In this document: positions 1 through 11,393 of the stretch, piece after piece | Layout of the letters: each line of letters opens with the position of its first letter | Numbering within the stretch: the stretch's first letter is position 1 | NCBI GenBank assembly: GCA_963828525.1 | Contig: CAWHEP010000014.1 | Location: 192,001-256,000, forward strand | Source: an uncultured Verrucomicrobiae bacterium | Lineage (GTDB): Bacteria; Verrucomicrobiota; Verrucomicrobiia; Chthoniobacterales; Chthoniobacteraceae | Direction of reading: 5' to 3' | DNA: 64,000 nt | Made by a program: the position numbers and the translations under genes | The notes under the pieces: model-generated | What the model saw: only the letters and a program-made list of their open reading frames with translations | What the model was told of the DNA's origin: nothing | Databases searched by the model: none

Positions 1-16
1 GCAAACCCGCGCCAGC

Positions 17-256
17 TTGTTTGCGGATATGCCTCAGTGCGCGCGAAACCTTGAAACGAATGGCGGGTCGGTTCTTTACACGGTCGTCGACTCGCTCGAT
101 GAAACCGTGAAAGCCTTGAAGTCGGTGAACGTCATACAGCCCGTCAGGGAGACATTTTACGGCATGCGGGAAATCTGGGTGCTTGATCCGTCCGGAAACA
201 CAATTGGGTTTGCGGAGCGCATCCCTTCCAAGACACCGGAGCCGCTTCCAGACTAA
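17..256 (+). CDS. VOC/glyoxalase-bleomycin resistance family protein (probably 5'-truncated by window edge)
   Basis: C-terminal motif ETFYGMREIWVLDPSGNTIGF typical of VOC proteins. Confidence 0.75.
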   Translation: MFADMPQCARNLETNGGSVLYTVVDSLDETVKALKSVNVIQPVRETFYGMREIWVLDPSGNTIGFAERIPSKTPEPLPD

Positions 257-409
257 GAGGGGCTGTCAGACCGCGCGGCGCCCAGGAGCCGACCGCTGGC
301 AGAAGGGCGGCTCGTCCGCGCTCCCAGGGCAAAGTCGGCGGCCCGATGATACCTGCAATTGTGCTTTGCAAGGCGGCTGGGCACGGATACTTTCCCCACT
401 TTGTCGTAA

Positions 410-2772
410 ATGAAATGGAGGGTTCCCAATCCCATGACCTGGCTTTGCAGGAGCCTCCTGATGCTGACGCTTCTCGTTCTCTGCCTGCCTTCGTGCTTCG
501 CGCAAGGGCCTGAGAGCGGCAGCGCCGAAGTTGCCACGCCATTTTCCGACGCTCCGGTCAAGATCGACGCCGAGAGTACTCGTTTCGAAGGAGGTCTCGC
601 CATCGCTGAGGAGAATGTGGTGATTCGCTCTGGCGATACCAAGATGCATTGCGACTACGCGCAGTATAACCCCGAGACCCACGATCTTCTGTTAAGGGGC
701 AACGTTCGCATATATCAACCGCCCGATACGAAGAAACTGCCTGGCACCGATAGGGGCCATGTTTTCATGGGAGATCGGGCTGTGTATAACCTCGAAACCA
801 AGGTTCTGCATGCCGCCAACTTCCGGGGAGAGTTCGATCCTTTTTTCTTCTCCAGTGAGTCTCTGTTTTCGCTGACAGAGAACAGCTACCAGTTGCGAGG
901 CGCGACATTTACATCCAGCGATTCGTCGAAGCCTGACTATGCCCTGCGAGCCAAAAGCGTTCGTGTTTACCCCAAGGACCGCATCATCTTCAGCAATGTC
1001 ACGCTCTACGTGGGCCGCACCCCGGTTTTTTGGTTCCCGTACCTATGGCAGTTCCTCCGGCAGGATACTTCTTTCACCATCACTCCCGGATATACTTCGC
1101 TGTGGGGTTCGTTTCTCCTGAGCCAGTACACATTTCCCGCTCACCGACACGATCTCTGGTCAGGTCGAGCTTGATATCCGCTCGCTTCGCGGGATCGCGG
1201 CGGGATTTAATACAAAAGGGGATTACGGGGAGAACCATCGAGATTGGTTCAAATTCCGCTCTTACCTCGCTGAAGACCAGTCCACGGAAAAGAACATCAC
1301 CGCTTTTGCGCGAGAGAAGATCACCCCGCAGCGATACCGGGTTTCGCTTCAGGATCGCACTTTCATAACGGACGACATTTACGCCAGTATCGACGTCAAC
1401 AAGCTGAGCGATCCCTTATTCCTCCAGGACTTTGAGCAGAGTGAATTCCGTATAAACCCGCAGCCCGATAATGTGGCCGCCGTCACTTTTTTGCAGGATG
1501 ACTACACATTAAGCGGGATCGCGCGCGTTCAGTTAAACAAGTTCTTCGACAGGTACCGAGCGGCTGCCTGAACTGGTGTTCGATGGCAAACGCCACCCGA
1601 TCTTCGGCTCCGGTATATTCTATCAGGGCGAGACTGGAGCGGCTTACCTGCGACAGGGGTTTGCGCAAGGGTCCGGTCTTCCCAATTACGAGACTTTTCG
1701 CTTCGATACCTACAATCAACTGCTGTATCCGAAAACGTATTTTGGCTGGCTGAGCGTCATCCCTCGCGTCGGCCTCCGGGAGACGTATTACAGTCAGACC
1801 GGCGATACCCAGGCCGCCACAGTGCTTGAGAGTGTGCCGGTCACCGCCCCTGGCTTCCCTCCCCGGAGCGTGCTTGTGCCGACGATCAAGAATACGGTGG
1901 ACAAGCGCGGCGCGATTTTGCGGACAACCGTTGACGCGGGAATAGAATCCTCGTTCAAACTTTCCCGCGCGTATGAGGGGGTGCAGTCGCGGCTGCTCGG
2001 GTTCGATGGGCTGCGCCACGTTGTTCAGCCCTACACCGACTTTTCGTTTGTGACCACGGATCACAACAGCGATAAGATACTGCAGTTCGATCGCTATGAG
2101 CCTTCCGACCAGGCCAAGCCGATCGAATTCCCGCAGTTTACCAGCATCGATTCCATTTCGGACTGGGCGATCTGGCGGTATGGTGTCCGCAATCGCCTCG
2201 AAACCCGGCGCGACAGTTCCACCGTGGTGTGGCTGGATCTCGACTCCTACATTGATCTCAATATCAAAGATCCGAATTTCCCCGGCATCACCCAAAAGCC
2301 CGGTGAAGTTTCCAATGTCTATAACCGCCTTCGCCTGAACCCCGTGCCTTGGGTCACCCTTCAGGTAGATTCCCAGCTTCCTGTCTTGAAAACAGGATTC
2401 ACGGAATTGAACACTTCGGCCAACGTGCTCGTGGATAAGGATCTCTCGGTGAACATCGGCCACCGCTACATCGATGGAAATCCCTATTACGTGAACAGCA
2501 GTGAATTCACCTTTGGAGCCTTTTTGCACTTGACCGAAAATTGGTCGGTGAGCATGAACGAACAATATGAGTTCAAACAGAGCATCCTCGAATATCAGCA
2601 GTACGAGGTGCATCGCGATCTCAGTAGCTGGATTGCGACTTTCGGCATTTTTGACCGAAATAATGGCGGCAGCACCACAAATGAGTATGGCGTGCTTCTC
2701 TCTTTCACGCTAAAGGATGCCCCGCAGGTGAGCTTGCCGTTAAGCTTCGACCCGTATAGCACTAATCACTAA
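410..2772 (+). CDS. lptD: LPS-assembly protein LptD (OstA N-domain + beta-barrel), split by frameshifts near 1140 and 1555
   Basis: Signal peptide, OstA-like jellyroll (ENVVIRSGD...DYAQYN...LRGNVRI), YALRAKSVRVYP..NVTLYVG.TPVFWFPY motif, beta-barrel C-terminus in ORF 1576..2772. Confidence 0.85.
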
Positions 2773-2789
2773 ACCGAAAAACATCATCT

Positions 2790-4103
2790 ATGGAACTATC
2801 AATTATTGGCTCGGGGTATGTGGGCCTTGTCACTGGCGCCTGCTTCGCGGAAGTGGGCCACAAAGTCGTTTGTGTCGATAACGATCCGAAAAAGGTCGAG
2901 GCTCTTCGCGCTGGGCGCATCCCCATCTACGAGCCCGGGTTGGATGATCTCGTGCATCGCAACGTATCAGCCCACAGGCTGCGTTTTACAGACAAGATCG
3001 AGGATGGCGTGGATAACTCCCAGGTGGTCTTCATCGCGGTGCCCACTCCGCCTCAGCCAGACGGCAGTGTGGACCTGAGCTTTATCGAGCGCGTTGCGCG
3101 TGAAATAGCGGGCGTCATCAAGGATTATCGCGTCATCGTGGACAAGAGCACGGTGCCTGTTAAGACGGGTGAAAAAGTTGCTGAGACGATCAAGCGTTAC
3201 AGCCGTTCCGGTGTGGAGTTCGACGTTGTAAGCAATCCTGAGTTCCTGCGCGAGGGTTGCGCCGTCGCCGATCTCATGAAGCCCGACCGTATTGTCATTG
3301 GGTCTTCCAGCGATCGCGCGCTCGCCCTCATGAAAAAGGTCTATGAGCCTTTCATGGCTCCCATTCTCGTTACTGATGTCAATAGCGCGGAATTGATCAA
3401 ACACGCGGCCAACTCATTCCTGGCGCTCAAAATCTCCTATATCAATGCTGTCTCCGCGGTGTGCGATGCGACCGGCGCGGATATCGAAAAAGTTGCTGAC
3501 GGCATTGGAGCCGATAAGCGGATCGGGCGCAGCTTCCTCAATGCCGGACTCGGCTATGGCGGCTCCTGCTTTCCGAAGGACATCGCGGCGTTTATCGCCA
3601 TTGCCGACGCGCTTGGCGTGCCGTTCCATCTTCTGAAGGAAGTGCAGCGAATTAACAAGGAGCAGAAAGAGCGGTTCCTCAAGTCCCTGCGCGACGCCCT
3701 CTGGGTGCTGCGCGATAAGAAGATCGCCGTCTGGGGTTTGACCTTCAAACCCGACACCGATGATGTCCGCAACTCGACAGCCATCGAGTTGGTAAACGAC
3801 CTTGTTCGCGAAGGAGCCATCGTCACCGCCTACGATCCGAAAGGGATGGAAAAGGCGACCGAGTTCAAACTTATCGAAGGAGCGCATCTGGCGAAATCAG
3901 CGCTCGAAGCCGTGGACGGAGCAGAAGCGCTGGTCCTTGCCACAGAGTGGTCGGAATTCGCGAACGTCGACCTTGAGGAAGTGAAGAAGCGGATGATGAC
4001 GCCCATGGTGTTCGACGGACGCAATCTTTTCGACCCGGAAACGATGTCCAACCTGGGCTTCTCATATCGAGGAGTTGGGCGGCGCGTCGAAGCCGCTGTT
4101 TAG
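2790..4103 (+). CDS. ugd: UDP-glucose/GDP-mannose 6-dehydrogenase
   Basis: IIGSGYVGLV Rossmann motif, SNPEFLREG, GYGGSCFPKD catalytic Cys, FKPDTDDVR. Confidence 0.95.
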   Translation: MELSIIGSGYVGLVTGACFAEVGHKVVCVDNDPKKVEALRAGRIPIYEPGLDDLVHRNVSAHRLRFTDKIEDGVDNSQVVFIAVPTPPQPDGSVDLSFIERVAREIAGVIKDYRVIVDKSTVPVKTGEKVAETIKRYSRSGVEFDVVSNPEFLREGCAVADLMKPDRIVIGSSSDRALALMKKVYEPFMAPILVTDVNSAELIKHAANSFLALKISYINAVSAVCDATGADIEKVADGIGADKRIGRSFLNAGLGYGGSCFPKDIAAFIAIADALGVPFHLLKEVQRINKEQKERFLKSLRDALWVLRDKKIAVWGLTFKPDTDDVRNSTAIELVNDLVREGAIVTAYDPKGMEKATEFKLIEGAHLAKSALEAVDGAEALVLATEWSEFANVDLEEVKKRMMTPMVFDGRNLFDPETMSNLGFSYRGVGRRVEAAV

Positions 4104-4192
4104 GCGTCAAAAGAGGGTCGGTGCCGCGACCCCTGCGCAGAGTAACATCCCGCCGACCCCCGGGCGGGGGTGTGTCATTCTCTGTGAAGGAG

Positions 4193-5431
4193 ATGGGCTT
4201 CGTGGCTGCTAAAACACTACGCTCGGTCTGCGTCCAGGCGCTGGATCGGTGGGAGGGAAGCAGCGACTTTGCCGATGCAATATTGCGCGAGAGCCTTGCC
4301 TCCAGCAACCTCTCGCCACTGGATCGCGCGCTTCTTCAGGAACTGTTTTATGGGGTGTTGAGGAATCTCACCCGCCTCGACTTCATTCGCTCGTTGCTCA
4401 GAAAGGAAGCAGTCGATCCGCTTACACTCCAAATCCTGCGGATTGGTTTCTACCAGATTTTCCATACCCGCATCCCTTCTCACGCCGCGGTGAACGAGAC
4501 CGTGGAACTGGCCGGGAAATCTCGACCGCTGGTAAACGCTCTGCTTCGCCGTTGCCTGAGAGAACGCGATAGCATTCAGCGGTCGATCAGCGAAAGCTCG
4601 CCTTCCATACAATATTCCCATCCGGAACTGCTCGTCTCAAGGTGGCGGAAAGCTTTTGGGGATAAGGCGATGCGCGCTCTCTGCGAATGGAACAATTCGC
4701 CTCCAGAAATGTTTGTCCGAGCGAATGGCATCAGAACTACACGGGATGAGCTGCTGCGGAAAAACGAAGATGCCCAAGCGTGTCCATTCCACACCGAAGC
4801 GCTTACAGTAAAGCGCTTGCCCGAAGCATGGCTGGCGGAGGGCCTTTGCTATGTGCAGGATCCCAGCACCCTCATGTCCTGCGACCTTGTCGCCCCTCAA
4901 CCAGGTGAGCGCGTCCTTGATGCCTGCGCTTCTCCTGGAGGCAAGACCACTTACATGGCGAGCCTCATGAAAAACCAGGGGGAGATCATCGCCTGCGACG
5001 TTTCCGAACGACTGCCGAGGCTTTCCGCTAATCTCGCGAGTCTCGGGGTCACGAACGTCAGGGTCGTCGAGCAGAATTGGATCGCGCGCCCGTCCACTCT
5101 CTCGCCTGCCAGCTTTGATCGCATCCTGGTGGATGCTCCCTGCACCAATACAGGCGTTATCCGCCGGCGTGTGGATGCCCGCTGGCGCCTGAGGGAGAGC
5201 GACTTTCAGGACATGCCCCGAAAGCAGATGGCCATCGTTGGCGCAGTGTCGCAGCTTCTTAAGAAAGGCGGAATTCTGGTGTACAGCACGTGCAGTCTGG
5301 AGCCGGAGGAGAATGAACTGATCCTTGGACGGCTTAGCCCAGGCGATCTGACGTTCGTGGAATCGAAACAATTGCTGCCTTTCCGCGACGGAACAGACGG
5401 CGCGTTCGCTGCCAAATTCGTTAAAAAGTAA
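4193..5431 (+). CDS. rsmB: 16S rRNA m5C967 methyltransferase RsmB/Sun
   Basis: NusB-like N-domain (HAAVNETVEL), VQD, LDACASPGGKT, DAPCTNTG, YSTCS; AAGGAG just before ATG 4193. Confidence 0.9.
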   Translation: MGFVAAKTLRSVCVQALDRWEGSSDFADAILRESLASSNLSPLDRALLQELFYGVLRNLTRLDFIRSLLRKEAVDPLTLQILRIGFYQIFHTRIPSHAAVNETVELAGKSRPLVNALLRRCLRERDSIQRSISESSPSIQYSHPELLVSRWRKAFGDKAMRALCEWNNSPPEMFVRANGIRTTRDELLRKNEDAQACPFHTEALTVKRLPEAWLAEGLCYVQDPSTLMSCDLVAPQPGERVLDACASPGGKTTYMASLMKNQGEIIACDVSERLPRLSANLASLGVTNVRVVEQNWIARPSTLSPASFDRILVDAPCTNTGVIRRRVDARWRLRESDFQDMPRKQMAIVGAVSQLLKKGGILVYSTCSLEPEENELILGRLSPGDLTFVESKQLLPFRDGTDGAFAAKFVKK

Positions 5432-5467
5432 TATTGCGGCATGTTCCGTCGCGGCTGAACGTCCAAA

Positions 5468-7192
5468 GTGAACGCAGGCCCTTCTCCCTACGCGGGTACA
5501 GCTCATCTGTTCAGGCTCCTGTTCTGGGTGCAATTACGTTCGTTGCGGGCTCGGATTGCGCGGATAAGAAATCAGTCCCCGCTTCTCCTGTTCGTTCTCG
5601 GATCTTTCATAGCCGGGTATCTCTTTGCCGGCTATTGGCTGTTCTACATGGGAATGTCGAAGCTCTACGAATTCCCGATCATCGGCGCGCTGCTTTCACA
5701 GAGGATCTTGTTTCTGATTTTCGGGTTTTTCTTTGCCATGTTGGCGGTCTCAAACCTCATCATCAGCTACTCGACCCTGTTTAAGAATCGCGAGACGGCG
5801 TGGTTGCTGACCTTGCCGATCCCGGCGAGCGACGTGTACCGTTGGAAATTCGTTGAGTCGCTCGGGGTCTCCAGTTGGGCGCTGATTTTCCTGAGCGCCC
5901 CGATGATGGCCGCGTTCGGCAGACTTCACAATGTGTCGCCTTTTTTCTATGTCTTTGTAGGCGCGGCGTATCTGCCTTTCGTAATAATCCCGGCGCTGCT
6001 GGGGTCGTGGAGCATCCTCTTCGCCGTCCGCGTCCTTTCCCGACCCTGGATCAAGAAGGTCCTTCTGGTCGGCGCTGCGGCATCGCTTCTTCTGATGATT
6101 GCCACCGTAAAGCCGGTTAAGGATACGGATGTGCGCGGCGATCAGGATGAGCGTTCATTCTATGAGCTCCTTCGCCACACACGGGTGGGCCTGAATCCCT
6201 ACCTGCCGAGTGCCTGGCTCGCCCGTTCTGTTCTTTGCTGGAGCGAAGGGCTTAATGGCCAGGGCTCGTTCTATTTTCTTGTGCTGGTGAGCAACGCGGC
6301 GATGGGGCTGCTCCTCGGCTTTGAAGTTGCTGGCAGACATTTTTACTCGAGTTGGACGGTTGCGGCGAGTTCTCGCGCGGAGAGAATGCACCGTGACGCG
6401 GCCGCGAGGCGCGGTTTCCGGAGCCATTCGCGCGTCGAGGGCATCATTAGGAAGACGCCATTCTTTTCCAGGCCAGTGCTCGCCCTCGGATGGAAGGACG
6501 TTATCGTCTTCTGGCGCGACCCGGCGCAGTGGACCCAGTTCATGATATTCTTCGGGCTGCTTTGCATCTATGTGGCAAATCTGCGGAACGTCGCGTTCAC
6601 TTTCCGAAGTGAGTTCTGGGAGACAGTCATCAGCTATCTGAACCTCACCGCGTCCGCCTTGACGCTGTCCACCCTGACGACGCGGTTTGTTTTCCCGCAA
6701 TTCAGCCTGGAGGGACGCCGTCTTTGGATCGTTGGTCTGGCGCCCATCGGACTGCGCAAAGTCTTGCTGCAAAAATTTTGGCTCAGTTGCGGGGTGGCAA
6801 TGGTCATCACCGTGAGCTTGATGGTCGCGTCGAGCCTTATGCTGCATCTCGCCGTTGGCAAAGTGTTTTGGTTTGCCGCTGCGATCGCTCTTATGAGCGC
6901 GACTCTGTGCAGCCTGGCGGTTAGTCTCGGAGCCCTTTTTCCGAACCTCAAGGAGGAGAATCCTTCCAAGATCGTCTCTGGCTTCGGAGGAACGCTCTGC
7001 CTTGTCATCAGCTTCATCTATATCACCTTTTTTATAGCTCTCGCGGCGGTGCCGGGTATGCGCCGCGTGATGCATGTCTCTTTTTTTCTTTCGAACGGGG
7101 TTGCGCTTGGCATGGCTGTCGCCTTAAGTCTGTTGATCCTGTTTGTGCCAATGGCGGCTGCCATGCGACGTGTGAAAAATCTGGAGTTTTGA
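5468..7192 (+). CDS. Putative ABC-2-type exporter permease subunit (multi-TM)
   Basis: About 12 hydrophobic segments; KD...FWRDPAQWTQ and RFVFPQFSLEGRRLWI motifs. Confidence 0.7.
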   Translation: MNAGPSPYAGTAHLFRLLFWVQLRSLRARIARIRNQSPLLLFVLGSFIAGYLFAGYWLFYMGMSKLYEFPIIGALLSQRILFLIFGFFFAMLAVSNLIISYSTLFKNRETAWLLTLPIPASDVYRWKFVESLGVSSWALIFLSAPMMAAFGRLHNVSPFFYVFVGAAYLPFVIIPALLGSWSILFAVRVLSRPWIKKVLLVGAAASLLLMIATVKPVKDTDVRGDQDERSFYELLRHTRVGLNPYLPSAWLARSVLCWSEGLNGQGSFYFLVLVSNAAMGLLLGFEVAGRHFYSSWTVAASSRAERMHRDAAARRGFRSHSRVEGIIRKTPFFSRPVLALGWKDVIVFWRDPAQWTQFMIFFGLLCIYVANLRNVAFTFRSEFWETVISYLNLTASALTLSTLTTRFVFPQFSLEGRRLWIVGLAPIGLRKVLLQKFWLSCGVAMVITVSLMVASSLMLHLAVGKVFWFAAAIALMSATLCSLAVSLGALFPNLKEENPSKIVSGFGGTLCLVISFIYITFFIALAAVPGMRRVMHVSFFLSNGVALGMAVALSLLILFVPMAAAMRRVKNLEF

Positions 7193-7226
7193 GTACCCTT
7201 GTTTAACAATGCCCCGCAACGAACCC

Positions 7227-7853
7227 ATGGCAGATCGCGCGAGAGAAAAAGAAACCTACCTCGAATTGCAGGAGGATGACGCGCTGTCGGGCGAGCATCT
7301 CGACTCGCAGGTCCAAAAGGCGCAGGAACAACTCGTGTTGCTCCGCAGGCAACAGGACCAGATCGAGAAGCAGAAGCGCGAGCTCGAGGAGTTAAGCCGC
7401 CGCCAGGAACTGTTGCAGCAGGGCAAAGGCGAGATGGTGGAAAAATTGACGCGCGCCCTTGTGGTGGTTGAGAGGGAGACACACGAAGCCCAGAAACGCG
7501 TGGAGCAGCTCCAGGCTGTGAACGATTCCTATATCCAGCACCTTTCCACCCTTGAGACCATCAATCCCAAAAACTGGGACAACCTGGATATTAATAAGGA
7601 ACTGAACAGGTCTCTCAGCGCGGTTGATGACGCAAGGGCGGAATACGCGCGTTCCATCCCCAAAATCAAGCAGAGCGAAGCATCAGCGCCGGAGACCTCC
7701 ACGACCGCCGAATTATACGCGGCCGGGTTTGGGCAGCCTCCCGAGAAGGACTTCCTTTACTGGTTGAAGAGCGGCTTCGCCTTTACGCTGCCGCTCCTAA
7801 CCTTCGGCGTGGTGGTTGCTGTGGTGGTCTTCCTCCGGTTTAGCAATATCTAA
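7227..7853 (+). CDS. Coiled-coil protein with C-terminal membrane anchor
   Basis: E/Q/K/R-rich heptads followed by a single C-terminal TM helix; operonic. Confidence 0.65.
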   Translation: MADRAREKETYLELQEDDALSGEHLDSQVQKAQEQLVLLRRQQDQIEKQKRELEELSRRQELLQQGKGEMVEKLTRALVVVERETHEAQKRVEQLQAVNDSYIQHLSTLETINPKNWDNLDINKELNRSLSAVDDARAEYARSIPKIKQSEASAPETSTTAELYAAGFGQPPEKDFLYWLKSGFAFTLPLLTFGVVVAVVVFLRFSNI

Positions 7854-7859
7854 AACAGC

Positions 7860-8240
7860 ATGCGGCCCCGGAGACGGAACCCAAAAGAGGCGACGCCGCT
7901 GGACAACCGTCAACGCGCGCTCGCGGACGAGCAGGCAAAGCTGCGATCCAAAGTGGATCAACTGGAGCGCTTGATCGCCGATGCCCCCCGGATGGCGGAG
8001 GAGGAAGAGAAACGGCGGCGTGAGATTCTCATAACGCGGGCGAGCCAGGGGGCGCGGCGCTCGGATTCCTCCGCTGCCCTCGTGGACAAGAGGTTCGATC
8101 TGCACGCCCAAGGCGCTCCGCGACAAAAACGGCGCAATCTGAGATCCCGCCAGCGCGCTGAACGGCTGCAATTTATCGTCCTCTGCATCGTGCTTGCCGC
8201 GATTGTGCTGTTCGTCATTAAGAACATGCCCCGCATGTGA
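7860..8240 (+). CDS. Small coiled-coil membrane-anchored hypothetical protein
   Basis: Starts 6 bp after previous gene; C-terminal TM helix. Confidence 0.6.
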   Translation: MRPRRRNPKEATPLDNRQRALADEQAKLRSKVDQLERLIADAPRMAEEEEKRRREILITRASQGARRSDSSAALVDKRFDLHAQGAPRQKRRNLRSRQRAERLQFIVLCIVLAAIVLFVIKNMPRM

Positions 8241-8325
8241 TTTCTCTGCTTCTTTCTGAGGCGTACCCGCTGCTTTTGAATGATTCCCGTTTGAGCTTCC
8301 GCCATTCTTCCCTCATGATGCGGGC

Positions 8326-8610
8326 ATGAGCGCCCAATTCGACGTCCGATATACCGCGCAGCTTGCGCGCCTGAACCTCACGGAGGAGGAAGTATCCAAA
8401 TTTCAGTCCCAACTCGGACAGGTGCTCGAGTATGTCGAGAAGCTATCCCTGGTCGATGTTTCCGGCGTGGAACCGACTGCTCATACAAGTCCCGTTTTTA
8501 ACGTCTTTCGCGATGATGTCCCGCGCGAAGGGTTCACCGCCGAACAGGCTCTTTCAAATGCGCCGAGGCAGGCAAACAATCTCTTTATGGTGACGAAAGT
8601 CGTCGAGTAG
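8326..8610 (+). CDS. gatC: Asp/Glu-tRNA amidotransferase subunit C
   Basis: VRYTAQLARL...VDVSGVEPT...FRDD...ALSNAP...FMVTKVVE. Confidence 0.95.
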   Translation: MSAQFDVRYTAQLARLNLTEEEVSKFQSQLGQVLEYVEKLSLVDVSGVEPTAHTSPVFNVFRDDVPREGFTAEQALSNAPRQANNLFMVTKVVE

Positions 8611-8615
8611 CAGGC

Positions 8616-10063
8616 ATGGAAATCACCTCGCTTACTCTCTCCGCCTTGCGGGACGAACTTCGCGCTCGCTCACTTTCTCCAGAGGACGTTCTGCGCGCCT
8701 TGGAAACACGCATCTCTCAGGTTGATCCGCTCATTCACGGTTACCTGAGCAGGGACTTCGAAACTGCCATGGTTGAAGCCCGCAAAGCGGATACCTCCCG
8801 GGCGCTCGGGGGAATTCCTATCGCGATCAAGGACGTCATCAACGTCGCGGGGCAGCCTTGCGCGTGCGCTTCAAAGATTCTTCGGGGGTACAAGCTCCTT
8901 ACGATGCAACCGTCATTGAAAAACTCCGCGCGGCTGGGGCGATCCCGTTCGGACGCGCGAACATGGATGAATTCGCGATGGGATCATCCACTGAAAATTC
9001 CAGTGTCTCACCGACATTCAACCCATGGGATGTCTCGCGGATCCCGGGAGGTTCGAGCGGAGGATCAGCCGCCGTTGTCGCCGCTGACCTGGCCTTTGCC
9101 GCGCTCGGCTCCGATACGGGCGGCTCCATCCGGCAGCCAGCGGCTCTCTGCGGTTGCGTGGGGTTGAAGCCCAGTTACGGACGTGTTTCCCGCTTTGGTC
9201 TGGTGGCTTTCGCTTCCTCCCTGGATCAGATCGGCCCTTTCACGAAAACCACGCGCGATGCTGCTTTGATGCTGAATGCGATCTCGGGAGTGGATCCCCG
9301 CGATTCAACCAGTTTGAACGAAGTCTCGCCCGATTACACGGCCGCCCTGGGGCGCGACCTCAAAGGCGTTCGGCTTGGCATGCCGAAGGAATATTTTGTC
9401 AGCGGGATCGATCCTCAAGTGGATGCCGCCATCAGAACGGCAATCCGTCATTACGAAAGTCTTGGCGCTGAGATCGTGGAAGTGTCTCTGCCGCACACGG
9501 AGCACGCCGTCGGTGTTTACTATATCATCGCCACCGCCGAAGCTTCCGCGAATCTTGCCCGCTTTGATGGTGTGAGATACGGTCACCGCGCGAGTGACGT
9601 TGCCAACCTGCTCGAACATTACGGCAAGACACGGGAAGAAGGCTTCGGTCCGGAGGTGAAGCGCCGCATCATCCTTGGCACGTACGTTCTTAGCTCCGGC
9701 TATTACGATGCCTACTATCTCCGCGCGCAGAAGGTCAGGACTTTGATCCGCCGCGATTTTACCGAAGCCTTCGAGAAAGTGGATGCCATTGTGTGCCCGA
9801 CATCTCCAGAGCCGGCGTTCAAGGTTGGCGAACGCAGCGATGATCCCCTGAAAATGTATCTTGCCGATATATTCACCATCGCCGCGAACCTCGCGGGAAT
9901 CTGCGGGATCAGCATCCCATGCGGCTTCGCGCAAATAGACGGAAAGCCGCTTCCCATCGGTTTGCAAATCCTGGGCAAACCCTTTGATGAAGCCGGCCTG
10001 CTAAAGATCGCCTACGCCTATGAGCAGAGCACTCCGTGGCATCTTGAGAAGCCCGCGCTCTGA
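8616..10063 (+). CDS. gatA: Asp/Glu-tRNA amidotransferase subunit A (frameshift near 8885)
   Basis: [51 protein letters not shown]; two ORFs join by one indel. Confidence 0.95.
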
Positions 10064-10092
10064 GGCAGGGTTGCGTCGCGAAGGTGGGGCTT

Positions 10093-10464
10093 TTAGGGAG
10101 CCGGAGCGTCTTTCGCGCGTGTCATGTATTTTTTATACACCGTTACCTGCGCTCCATGGCCGTTATTCTCCACCTCCGGGCGGATGACAAAATTGTCATC
10201 GTCTTTCTTCTTTCGGCGAATTTTCACCAGTCGAGTTTTGCCGGGATGACCGGGCTGTGGCTCCTCAACCGTGACCTCTTCGGTTCGATTAAATACGCCG
10301 TGGTCCCCAAAGAGTGAGATGGAGTTGCTATGTCTTGGGAGCGAGGTGTTGTAGCCTCCGTGCCCGTTGGAAATCATGTCAGACTGCCCGCCGTCCGCGG
10401 CGAATGCTCCGGAGAACGCGACAGGGGTTAACGCTATTGCGCCGACGAGGGTGATAAGTTTCAT
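10093..10464 (-). CDS. Small secreted hypothetical protein
   Basis: Signal peptide MKLITLVGAIALTPVAFSGAFA; NGHG motif twice. Confidence 0.55.
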   Translation of the reverse strand: MKLITLVGAIALTPVAFSGAFAADGGQSDMISNGHGGYNTSLPRHSNSISLFGDHGVFNRTEEVTVEEPQPGHPGKTRLVKIRRKKKDDDNFVIRPEVENNGHGAQVTVYKKYMTRAKDAPAP

Positions 10465-10599
10465 TCGAGTTTCCTTTTGTTGTCGGGCCCTGTTTCTCCT
10501 GCCGGTTTGGCAAGAATCACACAACTTTTCACCATATACACCCATTTTCGCGCCTTTTTGCATTGTCGCCCAGGCAATGACCCCGTAGAAACAAAACTT

Positions 10600-10884
10600 A
10601 TGGCAAAAACTACCAACCCCGAAACACCCAAACGCAAACCCAATCCCGCCCTCATGAAGCCCGTGCAACCGGACGACAAGCTCGCCTTGATCGTTGGATC
10701 AACTCCTCTGCCGCGCGGCGAAATGACAAAGAAGCTTTGGGACTACATCAAGAAGCATGGTCTCCAGGACGCAACCAAGAAAACCCTCATCAACGCGGAT
10801 GACAACCTCAAGGCCGTCTTTAACGGAAAGAAGCAAGTGACAATGTTCGAGATGACAAAGCTCGTCTCCGCTCACGTCAGCTAA
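10600..10884 (+). CDS. Stand-alone SWIB/MDM2 domain protein
   Basis: ALMKPVQPD..LA.IVG..PLPRGEMTKKLWDYIKKHGLQD...INADD.LKAVF. Confidence 0.9.
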   Translation: MAKTTNPETPKRKPNPALMKPVQPDDKLALIVGSTPLPRGEMTKKLWDYIKKHGLQDATKKTLINADDNLKAVFNGKKQVTMFEMTKLVSAHVS

Positions 10885-10995
10885 GCGTTTATCCCCACCC
10901 ACTTGGGGGGCGTGCTTTGACGCTTCGTTCTGCGGCGAAGAGCATGTCCCCTCCATTTTCGCGGAGGTTGGCGGGCAACGGACGCGCCCGGTTTT

Positions 10996-11259
10996 CTAGG
11001 GGTGCAGCGCCGGGCTGAAAGAATCCGATGCGGGATGCAAACGCATTTCGCGGTCGGATCCGGGGTCTCCAGTGAGATCATGCCAGAGTTCTTCCGGGAG
11101 ATCATCCGGAGTCAAACAAATCTGCTCGAGATCGCCTTGCGCAGCCTTGATGGCTCTTGCAGCCTCGAGAAGAGGGCTGATCTCCGTTGAATCAAGAAGT
11201 TCGACGCTGGGAAGCCGTTGGGCCAGGTCCAGGAGCTTGTGCATAGCTCGTGAGTTCAT
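10996..11259 (-). CDS. Hypothetical protein
   Basis: ATG preceded by AAGGA; fills intergenic gap. Confidence 0.45.
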   Translation of the reverse strand: MNSRAMHKLLDLAQRLPSVELLDSTEISPLLEAARAIKAAQGDLEQICLTPDDLPEELWHDLTGDPGSDREMRLHPASDSFSPALHP

Positions 11260-11393
11260 TCCTTATCCATCCTTATTGCCTCCAAAATAACCTTGTAGTC
11301 AATTTGCGCCAGCATTGGCGAGCAAAAAATTGATCGATCTTGTGGCGAGCATTTCGATGGTGTTACCTTTCACTTTCTGAGCCTTTTATCGCT

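Noticed and set aside
10600..10884. Eukaryote-like SWIB domain as a novel horizontal transfer
   Set aside because: Stand-alone SWIB proteins are already known in Chlamydiae and other bacteria.
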